A DNA stretch of 64,000 bases from an uncultured Coriobacteriaceae bacterium (GTDB taxonomy: Bacteria > Actinomycetota > Coriobacteriia > Coriobacteriales > QAMH01). The notes beneath the pieces are model-generated. The model searched no databases. It was not told the DNA's origin and saw nothing but the letters and a program-made list of their open reading frames with translations. Where the stretch lies: positions 102-64,101 of the forward strand of contig CAYSZR010000002.1 of the NCBI GenBank assembly GCA_964435565.1, written 5' to 3'. Both the position numbers and the translations under genes were made by a program. Shown piece by piece: positions 26,168-34,829 of this stretch (positions are counted from its first letter, which is position 1; each line of letters begins with the position of its first letter).

Positions 26168-27601
26168 ATGCGGTACAATCGTTTCGAGAGCTGGGCCTTG
26201 AGTGGAACAGGAACGCAGCATATGGATAAACATGAAGTTCCCACTGTCATAGGCACAATCGACCATCTGTCGCACCCGGGCTTTTCTTTCGCCGTAAGCG
26301 ACGCCGATGAAGCGTGCTCGTCAAACGATGCCGCCATCGGCCTTTTCAACGCTCTTGCAGAGCAGGTTAACCTTTTCCCCGGCGGGCTTGTCCGCTATGA
26401 CGCAGATGAGAAAAGTGGCTATCACGTGACCATGGTGAGCCAGTCTTTTCTTGATATGCTCGGGTTCGAGTCGGTGGATGACTTCGCCCGGAAATTCGAT
26501 TGCAGATATGATCGAATCGTCTTTGGGGATGATCGTGAGCGTACCTTAGAGCTTATACGGTCGGAAAACCCGATCAGGACGACTGACTTCAATCTATATC
26601 GCCTTATCAAGGCAGACGGCAGCCCGCTGTGGGTTTATGGCCGGGGTGGGGTCGTTGACGATGGCACTGGCCATAAGTCGGTCTATGTCATCTTGCTCGA
26701 TGCGCAGGAATTTATGGAAGAACAGGCGGTCTTGCGTTGGCAGAAAACCAAGCTCGATCTGCTCGAGGGCATTCCTGGAATCGTCTCGTTTGACTATGAC
26801 CCCGCAACTGATGTTTTTACCGCTTCGTTTTCAAATCGCGAAGGCGAGACGGTGCGCCATAGCTACGAGCATTTCGTCGAGGATGCGGGCGAAAAAGAAT
26901 GGATCGCCAAGGAAAGCCTGGGCGAATTCGCAAATGTGAGCAGCTTGGTTTTGGGCGAAAGCGCCATGAGCGAATTCGAAGTGCGAATCAACGTCGGTGA
27001 TATGGGCTTTGACTGGTACCAGGCAGCCTGCAAGAGCGTCACTGACAACAATGACAAGGTGTACCGCGTCGTTGGACGCGCGATTAACATCGAGCATTAC
27101 AAGCAGCAGGTCAGCAAATGGCAAGAACGCGCCCGGCACGATTCGCTTACGGGCGTTGCGAACCACGGTTGGCTTATCGAGAGCATGCGCAGGGAACTTA
27201 CGCGCAACGGTTCTGGCACGCTGATCATGATAGACATCGATGATTTCAAGGGCGTGAACGACGCATGCGGTCATCTTAAAGGCGACGACGTACTGCGCAG
27301 CGTGGCTATGGCGCTTCTGGATGCGTTTCGTGCGACAGACATCATTGGGCGCTATGGTGGCGATGAGTTCGCGGTTTTCCTTCCGTGCGTGACGGACAGA
27401 GAACTCGCCAGAAGGCGCGCGAAAGACATCATGAAGAGGATCAGCCTGCTGGGCGATGACTTTGGGATCGATATCACTGCGAGCGTCGGCGTAAAAATCG
27501 TCGATGGCGGCGATTGCACTCCCGAGCAATTCATCAAGGAAGCTGATACTGCGCTCTATAAATCCAAGCGCAATGGCAAAGATAGGTGCACGTTCGCCTA
27601 G
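26168..27601 (+). CDS. Diguanylate cyclase (PAS-like domains plus GGDEF with RxxD I-site)
   Basis: RATDIIGRYGGDEFAVFLP shows an intact GGDEF with RxxD exactly 5 residues upstream. The ATG at 26168 follows AGAGGTGG. It lies 85 nt after pilO on the same strand. Confidence 0.85.
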   Translation: MRYNRFESWALSGTGTQHMDKHEVPTVIGTIDHLSHPGFSFAVSDADEACSSNDAAIGLFNALAEQVNLFPGGLVRYDADEKSGYHVTMVSQSFLDMLGFESVDDFARKFDCRYDRIVFGDDRERTLELIRSENPIRTTDFNLYRLIKADGSPLWVYGRGGVVDDGTGHKSVYVILLDAQEFMEEQAVLRWQKTKLDLLEGIPGIVSFDYDPATDVFTASFSNREGETVRHSYEHFVEDAGEKEWIAKESLGEFANVSSLVLGESAMSEFEVRINVGDMGFDWYQAACKSVTDNNDKVYRVVGRAINIEHYKQQVSKWQERARHDSLTGVANHGWLIESMRRELTRNGSGTLIMIDIDDFKGVNDACGHLKGDDVLRSVAMALLDAFRATDIIGRYGGDEFAVFLPCVTDRELARRRAKDIMKRISLLGDDFGIDITASVGVKIVDGGDCTPEQFIKEADTALYKSKRNGKDRCTFA

Positions 27602-27704
27602 TCCTGCTGCCGTTTTGCCGCGAATGCCGTATAATGCCTTCACGTTTGCGTCAGTAACTATTGCACTGCAGTAGGGCACTCGTCTTGCCCTTGTTGGAGG
27701 TATT

Positions 27705-28556
27705 TTGGAATTCTTATCGAGCCTTATCGAGCCGCTTACCACGGTAAACGGTTGGATTGAGGTCGTTATCCTGATGTTCCTCGAGCTTGCGCTCGGCATC
27801 GACAATCTTGTATTCATCGCAATCACCGCAGACCGTCTGCCTGCAGATAAGCAGCATATCGGCCGCAGGCTTGGATTGGCAGCGGCCATGATCATGCGCT
27901 GCATCCTGCTGTGCTGCGTGGTCTGGATCATGTCCATCAACGTTGTCGTGTTCAGCCTGCCCTTTGGCATCGAGGGCGGACACACCGATCTGAACGTGCG
28001 CGACATGGTGTTTCTGTTGGGTGGCATCTACCTTGTATACAAGGGCATCACCGAACTCTACGAAGTCTTCGAGGCTGCTGGTTCCGCACCTGCAAAAGAG
28101 GGTATCGCTCCGCCGCCACGCCGCACCATCGGGCTTGCTCAGGCGGTGTCCACCATCATGGTCATGGATATCGTGTTCTCGCTCGATTCGGTAATCACCG
28201 CCGCGGGGCTTTCGGGTCAGATCCTTATCATGGTCATTGCCGTGATAGGGGCGGTTACGCTCATGATCATCTTCGCCGATCCTATCAGCGACTTCATCAA
28301 CCGCAATTTCGAGATCAAGATCGTGGCGCTCTCGTTCATCATTCTTGTTGGCTTCGAGCTTCTGCTCGAAGCGTTTCACATCGACTATATCGCCGGTGCG
28401 CCCATGGCGACGCTGCTTTACGGGATGATGCTGTTTGGCTTCATCGTCTCGCTGCTCACGATGTTGCAGCGACATATTCGTGAAAGGGCGGTCAAGGCTC
28501 TGGAAAGCGCATCTGCAGAAGACGAAAAGGCGGGAAAGGATACGTCCGTTGAGTAG
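27705..28556 (+). CDS. TerC-family integral membrane protein
   Basis: LELALGIDNLVFIAI and a second IVFSLDSVITA repeat are typical of TerC. The TTG start follows GGAGG. Confidence 0.85.
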   Translation: MEFLSSLIEPLTTVNGWIEVVILMFLELALGIDNLVFIAITADRLPADKQHIGRRLGLAAAMIMRCILLCCVVWIMSINVVVFSLPFGIEGGHTDLNVRDMVFLLGGIYLVYKGITELYEVFEAAGSAPAKEGIAPPPRRTIGLAQAVSTIMVMDIVFSLDSVITAAGLSGQILIMVIAVIGAVTLMIIFADPISDFINRNFEIKIVALSFIILVGFELLLEAFHIDYIAGAPMATLLYGMMLFGFIVSLLTMLQRHIRERAVKALESASAEDEKAGKDTSVE

Positions 28557-29697
28557 CTTTATCACGACAGACGCCGAGCTCGAGACGCTCGCGGCACAGC
28601 TTGAGGGATCCAAACTGCTTGCTATCGATACGGAGTTCATGCGCGAGAAGACGTATTTCGCCAAGCTTTGTCTGCTGCAGATCAATAACGGCACGGTTTC
28701 GGCTTTGATCGACCCGCTTTCCGTTAGCGACCTTTCGCCGCTCGTTCCCGTCCTCACCGATAAGAATTGCGTGAAGGTCTTTCATGCGGGGACGCAGGAC
28801 ATTGACATTCTGTATCACGAAACGGGCGTGACGCCGTTTCCGATCTTCGATACGCAGATAGCCGCGTCGCTGTTGGGATATCCGCTGCAGGTGGGCTATG
28901 GCCCGCTCGTTCGATCGGTATGCAACGTCAAGCTTGCAAAGGCGGATAGCTATACCGATTGGTCGCGCCGCCCGCTTACCAACAATCAGGTCAAATATGC
29001 GCTCGAAGACGTCGTCTATCTGCCGCAGATGTATGAATGGCTGCAGGCTGAATTGGAACGCAAGGGCCGGTTGACTTGGTGTGAGAGGGATTTTGCAGAG
29101 CTTGCAAATCCCAAAAGCTATGAAAACGACCCGCGTGAGATGTGGCAGCGCGTGAAGCGCGCCTCTTCCCTTTCCCGAGGACAGCTTGCAATTGCGCGCG
29201 AGATTGCCGCATGGCGTGAAACCGAGGCGATTCGCCGCGACTTGCCGCGCAAGTGGGTGCTCGCCGACGAGGCAGTTGTCGAGATCGCGCGTAAGGCTCC
29301 CAAGACGCGCGAGCGTCTGCTCGAGGTGCGCGGACTTTCCAATAGGCTTTCCAGTCGGGACGTGAACCAGATTCTCGAGGCCGTGCGCAAGGGCAAGGAG
29401 CTGCCGCAGGGTCAGTGGCCCAAGCTTACGCGCAGCCCCAAAGGCGAGGTCGAGGCAGAAGGCAGCGTCGAGCTGCTCTCTTCGCTGCTTGAGGTGCGCG
29501 CCGAAGAAAACGATGTCGCGGCTCCTCTGATTGCGACGCATTCCGACCTTTCGAAGCTCGTGCGCGGGCATCGCGAAGGGTTGCCGCTTCTCGAGGGCTG
29601 GCGTTACGAGATCGTGGGCCGTGAGCTTGTCGAGCTGCTTGAAGGGCGCCTTGCGCTCTATCTGGAAAAGGGCGCCATCAAGGTCTCTGCGCGCTAA
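28549..29697 (+). CDS. rnd: Ribonuclease D (DEDDy 3'-5' exonuclease plus HRDC)
   Basis: LAIDTEF (ExoI), H..QDI, YALEDV (ExoIII) and an HRDC-like region. The TTG at 28549 overlaps the TerC stop. Confidence 0.85.
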   Translation: MSSFITTDAELETLAAQLEGSKLLAIDTEFMREKTYFAKLCLLQINNGTVSALIDPLSVSDLSPLVPVLTDKNCVKVFHAGTQDIDILYHETGVTPFPIFDTQIAASLLGYPLQVGYGPLVRSVCNVKLAKADSYTDWSRRPLTNNQVKYALEDVVYLPQMYEWLQAELERKGRLTWCERDFAELANPKSYENDPREMWQRVKRASSLSRGQLAIAREIAAWRETEAIRRDLPRKWVLADEAVVEIARKAPKTRERLLEVRGLSNRLSSRDVNQILEAVRKGKELPQGQWPKLTRSPKGEVEAEGSVELLSSLLEVRAEENDVAAPLIATHSDLSKLVRGHREGLPLLEGWRYEIVGRELVELLEGRLALYLEKGAIKVSAR

Positions 29698-29716
29698 ACC
29701 GTCCGCACCCAAAGCC

Positions 29717-29826
29717 ATTTGCATTTAAGGGTTGCATTTAAGGGTAGCCTTTGATTGTAAAAACGGTTGTACGCAATTAAATTTACATTTAAAGGTACAT
29801 TTAAAGGTAGCCTTTGATTGTAAAAC
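29717..29826. repeat. Dispersed hairpin element, copies B1 and B2 (63-bp period, each with an internal half-duplication)
   Basis: B1 is TTGCATTTAAGGG-TAG-CCTTTGATTGTAAAAA (29732-29763). B2 is GTACATTTAAAGG-TAG-CCTTTGATTGTAAAAC (29795-29826). Each is preceded by an extra CATTTAARGG half copy. Confidence 0.75.
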
Positions 29827-29916
29827 CGGGTGCTTATTTAACGGTTACCTTACTGGCATTTTTTCGCAGGTGCTTCGCTGTTATGATAGGAACTCAAAAC
29901 GACACCGGAGGTGCAT

Positions 29917-30615
29917 ATGTCCTACTGGATTCTCATTATCACGACAATGGTGCTGGGCTTTGCCGCTCAGGCGTACATCAATTCCTCATATCGCAAATTT
30001 TCATCCGTCCCCAATGACGTGGGAATGACAGGCGCGCAGATTGCACGCAGCATGCTCGATGCGAACGGTCTGAACGACGTTGCGGTGCAGGGGGTTTCCG
30101 GCACGCTGAGCGATCATTATGACCCGCGCTCGCGCGTCGTGCGCCTTTCGGAGGGCGTCTATGGCGAGACGTCGGTGTCTGCCATGGCGATTGCCTGCCA
30201 CGAATGCGGGCATGCAGTGCAACACGCTCGCGGCTATGTGCCCATGAAGGTGCGCACCGCTCTGGTTCCCGTCGCGAATTTCGGCTCGAGCGCCTGGCTC
30301 ATCTTGCTGTTCATCGGAATTTTTCTGAACATGATGTCCCTGGTATGGGCGGGCATCATTCTCTATGCGTTTGCCGTCTTGTTCCATGTCGTGACGTTAC
30401 CCGTCGAGCTCAATGCCTCGCATCGTGGGCTCGCCTTCATCACGGGAGACGGCTCGCCAAGCACGGTGAACACGGCAGGCGTGCTGGCGGTTCCCGGCAA
30501 CAGGTCCGCTAGCGGCGCAAAGACGGTGCTGACGGCAGCGGCGCTTACCTACGTGGTCGGAGCGCTCACGAGTATCATGCAGCTGCTCTATTTCATCGGC
30601 ATGGTTCGCGAATAA
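29917..30615 (+). CDS. Membrane-associated zinc metallopeptidase (YugP/Zn_peptidase_2-like)
   Basis: HECGHAVQH is a HExxH motif. There is an N-terminal TM segment and C-terminal TM helices. The ATG at 29917 lies 6 nt after GGAG. Confidence 0.8.
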   Translation: MSYWILIITTMVLGFAAQAYINSSYRKFSSVPNDVGMTGAQIARSMLDANGLNDVAVQGVSGTLSDHYDPRSRVVRLSEGVYGETSVSAMAIACHECGHAVQHARGYVPMKVRTALVPVANFGSSAWLILLFIGIFLNMMSLVWAGIILYAFAVLFHVVTLPVELNASHRGLAFITGDGSPSTVNTAGVLAVPGNRSASGAKTVLTAAALTYVVGALTSIMQLLYFIGMVRE

Positions 30616-30695
30616 CCGGCAGACGTCATGTCCGGTTTTGAAAATCATGTCACAGAGAGCGTGTACCCTTTCAGTGTCAGAGAAAGAGGTGATGC

Positions 30696-32051
30696 ATGGA
30701 AGATTCTGAGGAAAAGCAGGCGTTCACGGTAACTCAAGCCATGAACGCTGCGAAACGCGGCCTTGAGAAGATTCGTCTTACGGTTATTGGAGAAGTCTCC
30801 GAATTCAACGACAAGTCGGGCTATAAGGCTGCGTACTTCACGGTGCGTGACGATGAGTGCTCCATGCCATGTCTGATGTGGCGCGATCGTTATCGTGCAA
30901 GCGGTGTGGAACTGCACGCGGGCATGCTCGTCGAGCTCACCGGCAATTTCTCATGCTATCCGGCAAAAGGCCGCATGCAGTTCTCGGTTTCATCTTTGCA
31001 GCTTGCGGGGGAGGGCAAACTGCGCATGCAGGTTGCCTTGCTTGCGCGCAAACTGCAGGCAGAAGGGCTTATGGATCCGGACCGCAAGCGCCGTATCCCG
31101 GCACTGCCGCTTCGCATAGCCGTCGTAACGTCTCCACGGGGCAAAGCCGTGCACGATGTTTTACGCACGCTGCGTCGACGCTATCCGTTAGGAGAGCTCT
31201 TCATCTGTGGCGTCCCCGTTGAAGGCGCTGATGCGCCGGCGCATATCGCTGCGGGTCTCGAGGCGGCCTGCGCAGCAGACCCTGCTCCCGATGTGATTTT
31301 GCTCGTGCGCGGCGGCGGGTCGTATGAAGATCTGATGCCGTTCAATGACGAACATCTTGCCCGTGCCGTTGCCGCCTGTCCTATTCCTGTGGTCACGGGT
31401 ATCGGTCACGAGCCGGATAACTCGATTTGCGATATGGTTGCCGATTATCGCTGTTCAACGCCTACGGCTGCGGCAGAGGCCATCGCCCCTTCGGTTGCCG
31501 AGCTTGCGGGTAAGTTGAATAACGCCAGGTCTGCTCTGGGTACGGCGCTTGCCAGTTATTTGCAGACGCAGCAATCGCAGATCATGCGTCTGTCTGACCG
31601 CCCGCTTTGGCATGATGCGCAGTATCTGACGGGGTCATATCTGCAATCGCTCGATATCATGGGCGAACGTCTGACGCGTGCCATTCCCGATGCGATCGGC
31701 GCCGACGCCCATGCACTCGATCTTTTGCATGAACGCCTACGCCTCGCGCTTCCCAGGCTCGTCACCACGCAGGCGCATAGGCTCGAAGTTGAAAAGGAAC
31801 GCTTCGCGCACCTGGGCCCGCAGGTCACCATGGGTTATAGCAGAGAGGTCGCGCTCGGGGCCGCCAAGCTCGATGCGCTCTCTCCGCTCAAGACCCTTAG
31901 CCGCGGTTATTCAATAACCTATGCGCAAGATGGCCATACGGTTATAGACACTGTCGAACAAGTCGCGCAAGGCGACTGCATCCATGTGCAAGTGCATGAC
32001 GGAAAGATCGCCTGTAGCGTCAACGAAGTGGAAAGAGGAAACAATGGCTGA
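30696..32051 (+). CDS. xseA: Exodeoxyribonuclease VII large subunit
   Basis: N-terminal OB-fold region plus RGGGS.EDL and GIGHE.D motifs. It is followed by an overlapping xseB. Confidence 0.9.
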   Translation: MEDSEEKQAFTVTQAMNAAKRGLEKIRLTVIGEVSEFNDKSGYKAAYFTVRDDECSMPCLMWRDRYRASGVELHAGMLVELTGNFSCYPAKGRMQFSVSSLQLAGEGKLRMQVALLARKLQAEGLMDPDRKRRIPALPLRIAVVTSPRGKAVHDVLRTLRRRYPLGELFICGVPVEGADAPAHIAAGLEAACAADPAPDVILLVRGGGSYEDLMPFNDEHLARAVAACPIPVVTGIGHEPDNSICDMVADYRCSTPTAAAEAIAPSVAELAGKLNNARSALGTALASYLQTQQSQIMRLSDRPLWHDAQYLTGSYLQSLDIMGERLTRAIPDAIGADAHALDLLHERLRLALPRLVTTQAHRLEVEKERFAHLGPQVTMGYSREVALGAAKLDALSPLKTLSRGYSITYAQDGHTVIDTVEQVAQGDCIHVQVHDGKIACSVNEVERGNNG

Positions 32052-32301
32052 AGAGCAAACGCAGGATCGTCCCATCGAGGACCTGAGCTTCAAAGAGGGC
32101 TTAGTTGAACTTGACAGCATCGTTCGTGCGCTCGAGAGCAACCAGCTTGAACTCGAACAGAGCATCCAGAGTTACGAGCGTGGTGTCGTCTTGCTTGGAG
32201 CGCTTCAAAAGCGCCTGAACGACGCCCAGCAAAAGGTCACCGTCCTTATGGGAGAGCTTGAACCTGAAAGTGACGATAGCGTCGATACGACTTTGAGCTA
32301 G
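32044..32301 (+). CDS. xseB: Exodeoxyribonuclease VII small subunit
   Basis: 85 aa with LSFKEGLVELDSIVRALESNQLELEQSIQSYERG, a typical XseB helical hairpin. The ATG overlaps the xseA end. Confidence 0.85.
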   Translation: MAEEQTQDRPIEDLSFKEGLVELDSIVRALESNQLELEQSIQSYERGVVLLGALQKRLNDAQQKVTVLMGELEPESDDSVDTTLS

Positions 32302-32419
32302 GACACGCCCCCTCATTTGCGAAAACATGCCGCTTACGACTTGGAGCATGTACTCTATTATGTTGACGTGCGAAAATATCAAAATGCATTCGCCAGGGTG
32401 ATAGAGGGAGCAACAGTCA

Positions 32420-33625
32420 ATGTACGTACTTGTGGTAAATGCGGGTAGCTCGTCGCTCAAGTACCAAGTTATCGACTCTGATACCGAGGAGCTCATAACG
32501 CGCGGCCTTTGCGAGAAGGTCGGTTATTCCGATGCGTTTGTTCAGCACTGGAACAAGAACGACAAGCGCGTTTTCGAAGAGCCGATGGAAGATCATCTTT
32601 CCGCTGTGAAGATGGTGCTGGAAGTCCTCGTTCAAGATCCCGACTCTGGTGTCGATAGTCTTGATCAGATTGGCGCGGTGGGACATCGAATCGTCCATGG
32701 CGGCGAAAAATTCAGCGAATCCGTTTTGGTCGACGATCAGGTAATCGCTGATATCGAGCTTTGCTCCGAATTGGCGCCTCTGCACAATCCTCCCGCAGTC
32801 GAGTGCATTCGCGCATGTCGCGCGATTATGCCCAATATTCCGCACGTCTGTGTTTTCGATACCGCGTTTCATCAGACGATGGCCCCGCGCGTGTATATGT
32901 ACCCACTGCCCTATGAGTTCTATGAGCATTACGGTATTCGCAGGTACGGCGCTCACGGCACCTCGCATCGCTATCTTGCCCAGCGCACGGCAGAGATACT
33001 GGACAGAAATGTCGATGATCTCAAGCTGATCACCTGCCATCTGGGTGGCGGCTGTTCGATTACGGCTATCGATCACGGCATGTCCGTCGACACCTCTATG
33101 GGATTCACTCCGCTTGGCGGCGTCATGATGGGCACACGCTGCGGAGATATCGATCCTTCAATCGTCACGTACTTGATGGGCCAGGAAGGCTATACCCCGG
33201 GCGAGATTACCGACGTTATGAATCGCGAATCCGGCTTGTATGGCATCAGCGGTCTTTCCGCCGATATGCGCGATATCGATGCGGCGACTAAAGCCGGTCA
33301 CAAACGTGCCGCTCTTGCCTATGATATGTTCGCCGGATCTGCAAAGAAGATGATCGGTGCCTACATCGCCGAAATGGGCGGAGTCGATGCCATCGTGTTT
33401 TCCGGGGGCGTGGGAGAGAATTCCGAGCGCATGCGCCGCATGGTTTTGGGCGGTATGGAATCGCTGGGAATCATCCTCGATTACGTTGCCAACAAAGTTG
33501 CAGGTGAAGAGCGTATTATCAGCGACGAACGCTCCAAGATCAAGCTGCTTGTCGTGCCGACCAATGAAGAGATCATGATCTCTCGTGACGCAGCGCGCAT
33601 CGCGCACGAGAATGGCTTCGACTGA
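32420..33625 (+). CDS. ackA: Acetate kinase
   Basis: VLVVNAGSSSLKYQV N-terminal signature, HRIVHGG and RRYGAHGTSH. Confidence 0.95.
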   Translation: MYVLVVNAGSSSLKYQVIDSDTEELITRGLCEKVGYSDAFVQHWNKNDKRVFEEPMEDHLSAVKMVLEVLVQDPDSGVDSLDQIGAVGHRIVHGGEKFSESVLVDDQVIADIELCSELAPLHNPPAVECIRACRAIMPNIPHVCVFDTAFHQTMAPRVYMYPLPYEFYEHYGIRRYGAHGTSHRYLAQRTAEILDRNVDDLKLITCHLGGGCSITAIDHGMSVDTSMGFTPLGGVMMGTRCGDIDPSIVTYLMGQEGYTPGEITDVMNRESGLYGISGLSADMRDIDAATKAGHKRAALAYDMFAGSAKKMIGAYIAEMGGVDAIVFSGGVGENSERMRRMVLGGMESLGIILDYVANKVAGEERIISDERSKIKLLVVPTNEEIMISRDAARIAHENGFD

Positions 33626-33659
33626 TACTTCCGGGCTTAGACAAACGAATATCTTTCTA

Positions 33660-33770
33660 AAACTGCATAAAATAATTATTAAATGCAAAAAATATGCATA
33701 AATCTAAAATAATATTGATTTATCTATAGAAGAGGTAGACAATGTCGTGCATATGCAATGTATATGTCAC
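33660..33770. promoter_or_regulatory. AT-rich arg operator/promoter region with TGCAT/ATGCA (ARG-box-like) half sites
   Basis: TGCATAAAATAATTATTAAATGCA (33664-33687), AATGCAAAAAATATGCAT (33682-33699) and TGCATATGCA (about 33749-33758). It lies immediately upstream of argC, with argR in the same operon. Confidence 0.4.
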
Positions 33771-33785
33771 GAGATTGGAACGGAA

Positions 33786-34826
33786 ATGAAGAGAGCGGCT
33801 GTCGTTGGAGCGGCTGGCTATGCGGGTGTCGAGGCGGTACGCATCCTATTGGGGCATCCTGACTTCGAGCTTACGTGCATTACCTCTACAAGCGACGCGG
33901 GCGTGCCCATCGCAACGCTCTATCCGGCTCTCGACGGTATCTGCGACCTGGCCTTCGAGCCGCATGACGTAAAGGCCGTCGCCAAAAAAGCCGATGTCGC
34001 GTTTCTTGCTGTGCCACATACGGCATCGCTTGCCATGACACCTGCGCTCGTCGAAGCCGGCGTGCAGGTTATCGATCTTTCCGCCGACTATCGCATTGCC
34101 GATGCTGCGACGTACGAGCAATGGTACGGCGTTGAGCACACGAGCCCCGACCTGCTGGCAAAGGCCATTTATGGGTTGCCCGAAGTCGCACGCGACCAGC
34201 TTAAGGCGGGCACGCCGGTTGTTGCCTGCCCGGGATGCTACCCAACGGCGTCGGCACTTGCGGCGTTGCCTGCCATAGAGGGCGGCTTGAAAGGCGAGGG
34301 CTCCGTGATCGTCGCTGCGCTTTCAGGCGTTTCTGGTGCAGGTCGCAAGGCGACGGCAAAGACGCATTTCTGCAACGCGGGAGAATCTGTGGGCATGTAT
34401 GGCATGCCGCATCGGCATACTCCAGAAATTGCCCAGACGCTTTCGCGGGCGGCGAATGCCGATGTCGAGGTCATTTTTACCCCGCATCTGGTTCCGATGG
34501 TCCGTGGGCTTCTTTCTACCGTGTATATCCCGCTCAATGGCACGCCCACGCTCGAAGAGGTCCACGAGCTTTATGCCAAGCGCTATGCAGGCGAGCCGTT
34601 CGTGAGCGTGCGTCCGGCAGGTGATATGCCTCAGACCGCTTGGGTCGAAGGGTCTAATCGTGCGCAGGTCGGCATTTGCCTCGCGCCAGGCGGGCACACC
34701 CTTATCGCCAGCTGTGCTATTGACAATCTGGTTAAAGGCGCTGCGGGTCAGGCGGTTCAGGCCGCTAATCTGGTATGCGGGTTTGAGGAAACAGCCGGTC
34801 TCGTTTCTAGTTGTCCGGTGGTATAG
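33786..34826 (+). CDS. argC: N-acetyl-gamma-glutamyl-phosphate reductase
   Basis: VVGAAGYAGVE Rossmann motif and the catalytic-Cys context ACPGCYPT. Confidence 0.9.
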   Translation: MKRAAVVGAAGYAGVEAVRILLGHPDFELTCITSTSDAGVPIATLYPALDGICDLAFEPHDVKAVAKKADVAFLAVPHTASLAMTPALVEAGVQVIDLSADYRIADAATYEQWYGVEHTSPDLLAKAIYGLPEVARDQLKAGTPVVACPGCYPTASALAALPAIEGGLKGEGSVIVAALSGVSGAGRKATAKTHFCNAGESVGMYGMPHRHTPEIAQTLSRAANADVEVIFTPHLVPMVRGLLSTVYIPLNGTPTLEEVHELYAKRYAGEPFVSVRPAGDMPQTAWVEGSNRAQVGICLAPGGHTLIASCAIDNLVKGAAGQAVQAANLVCGFEETAGLVSSCPVV

Positions 34827-34829
34827 ATC

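Noticed and set aside
27602-27704. A yybP-ykoY (Mn2+) riboswitch upstream of the TerC-family gene.
   Set aside because: The leader after the TATAAT at 27630-27635 is only about 60 nt and lacks the conserved GGGGAGUAG and UUGACAUA-type segments I remember for this class.
29717-29826. A possible CRISPR-like array (repeats with a regular 63-bp period).
   Set aside because: There are only two units, the repeats are AT-rich hairpins shared with solitary copies elsewhere, and no cas genes are present. It is treated as a dispersed repeat instead.
29732-30028. A 98-aa ORF with repeated HL(R/K)VAFDCK peptides.
   Set aside because: The peptide repeat is simply the translation of the duplicated DNA hairpin element. 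There is no RBS, and it runs into the real Zn-peptidase gene out of frame.
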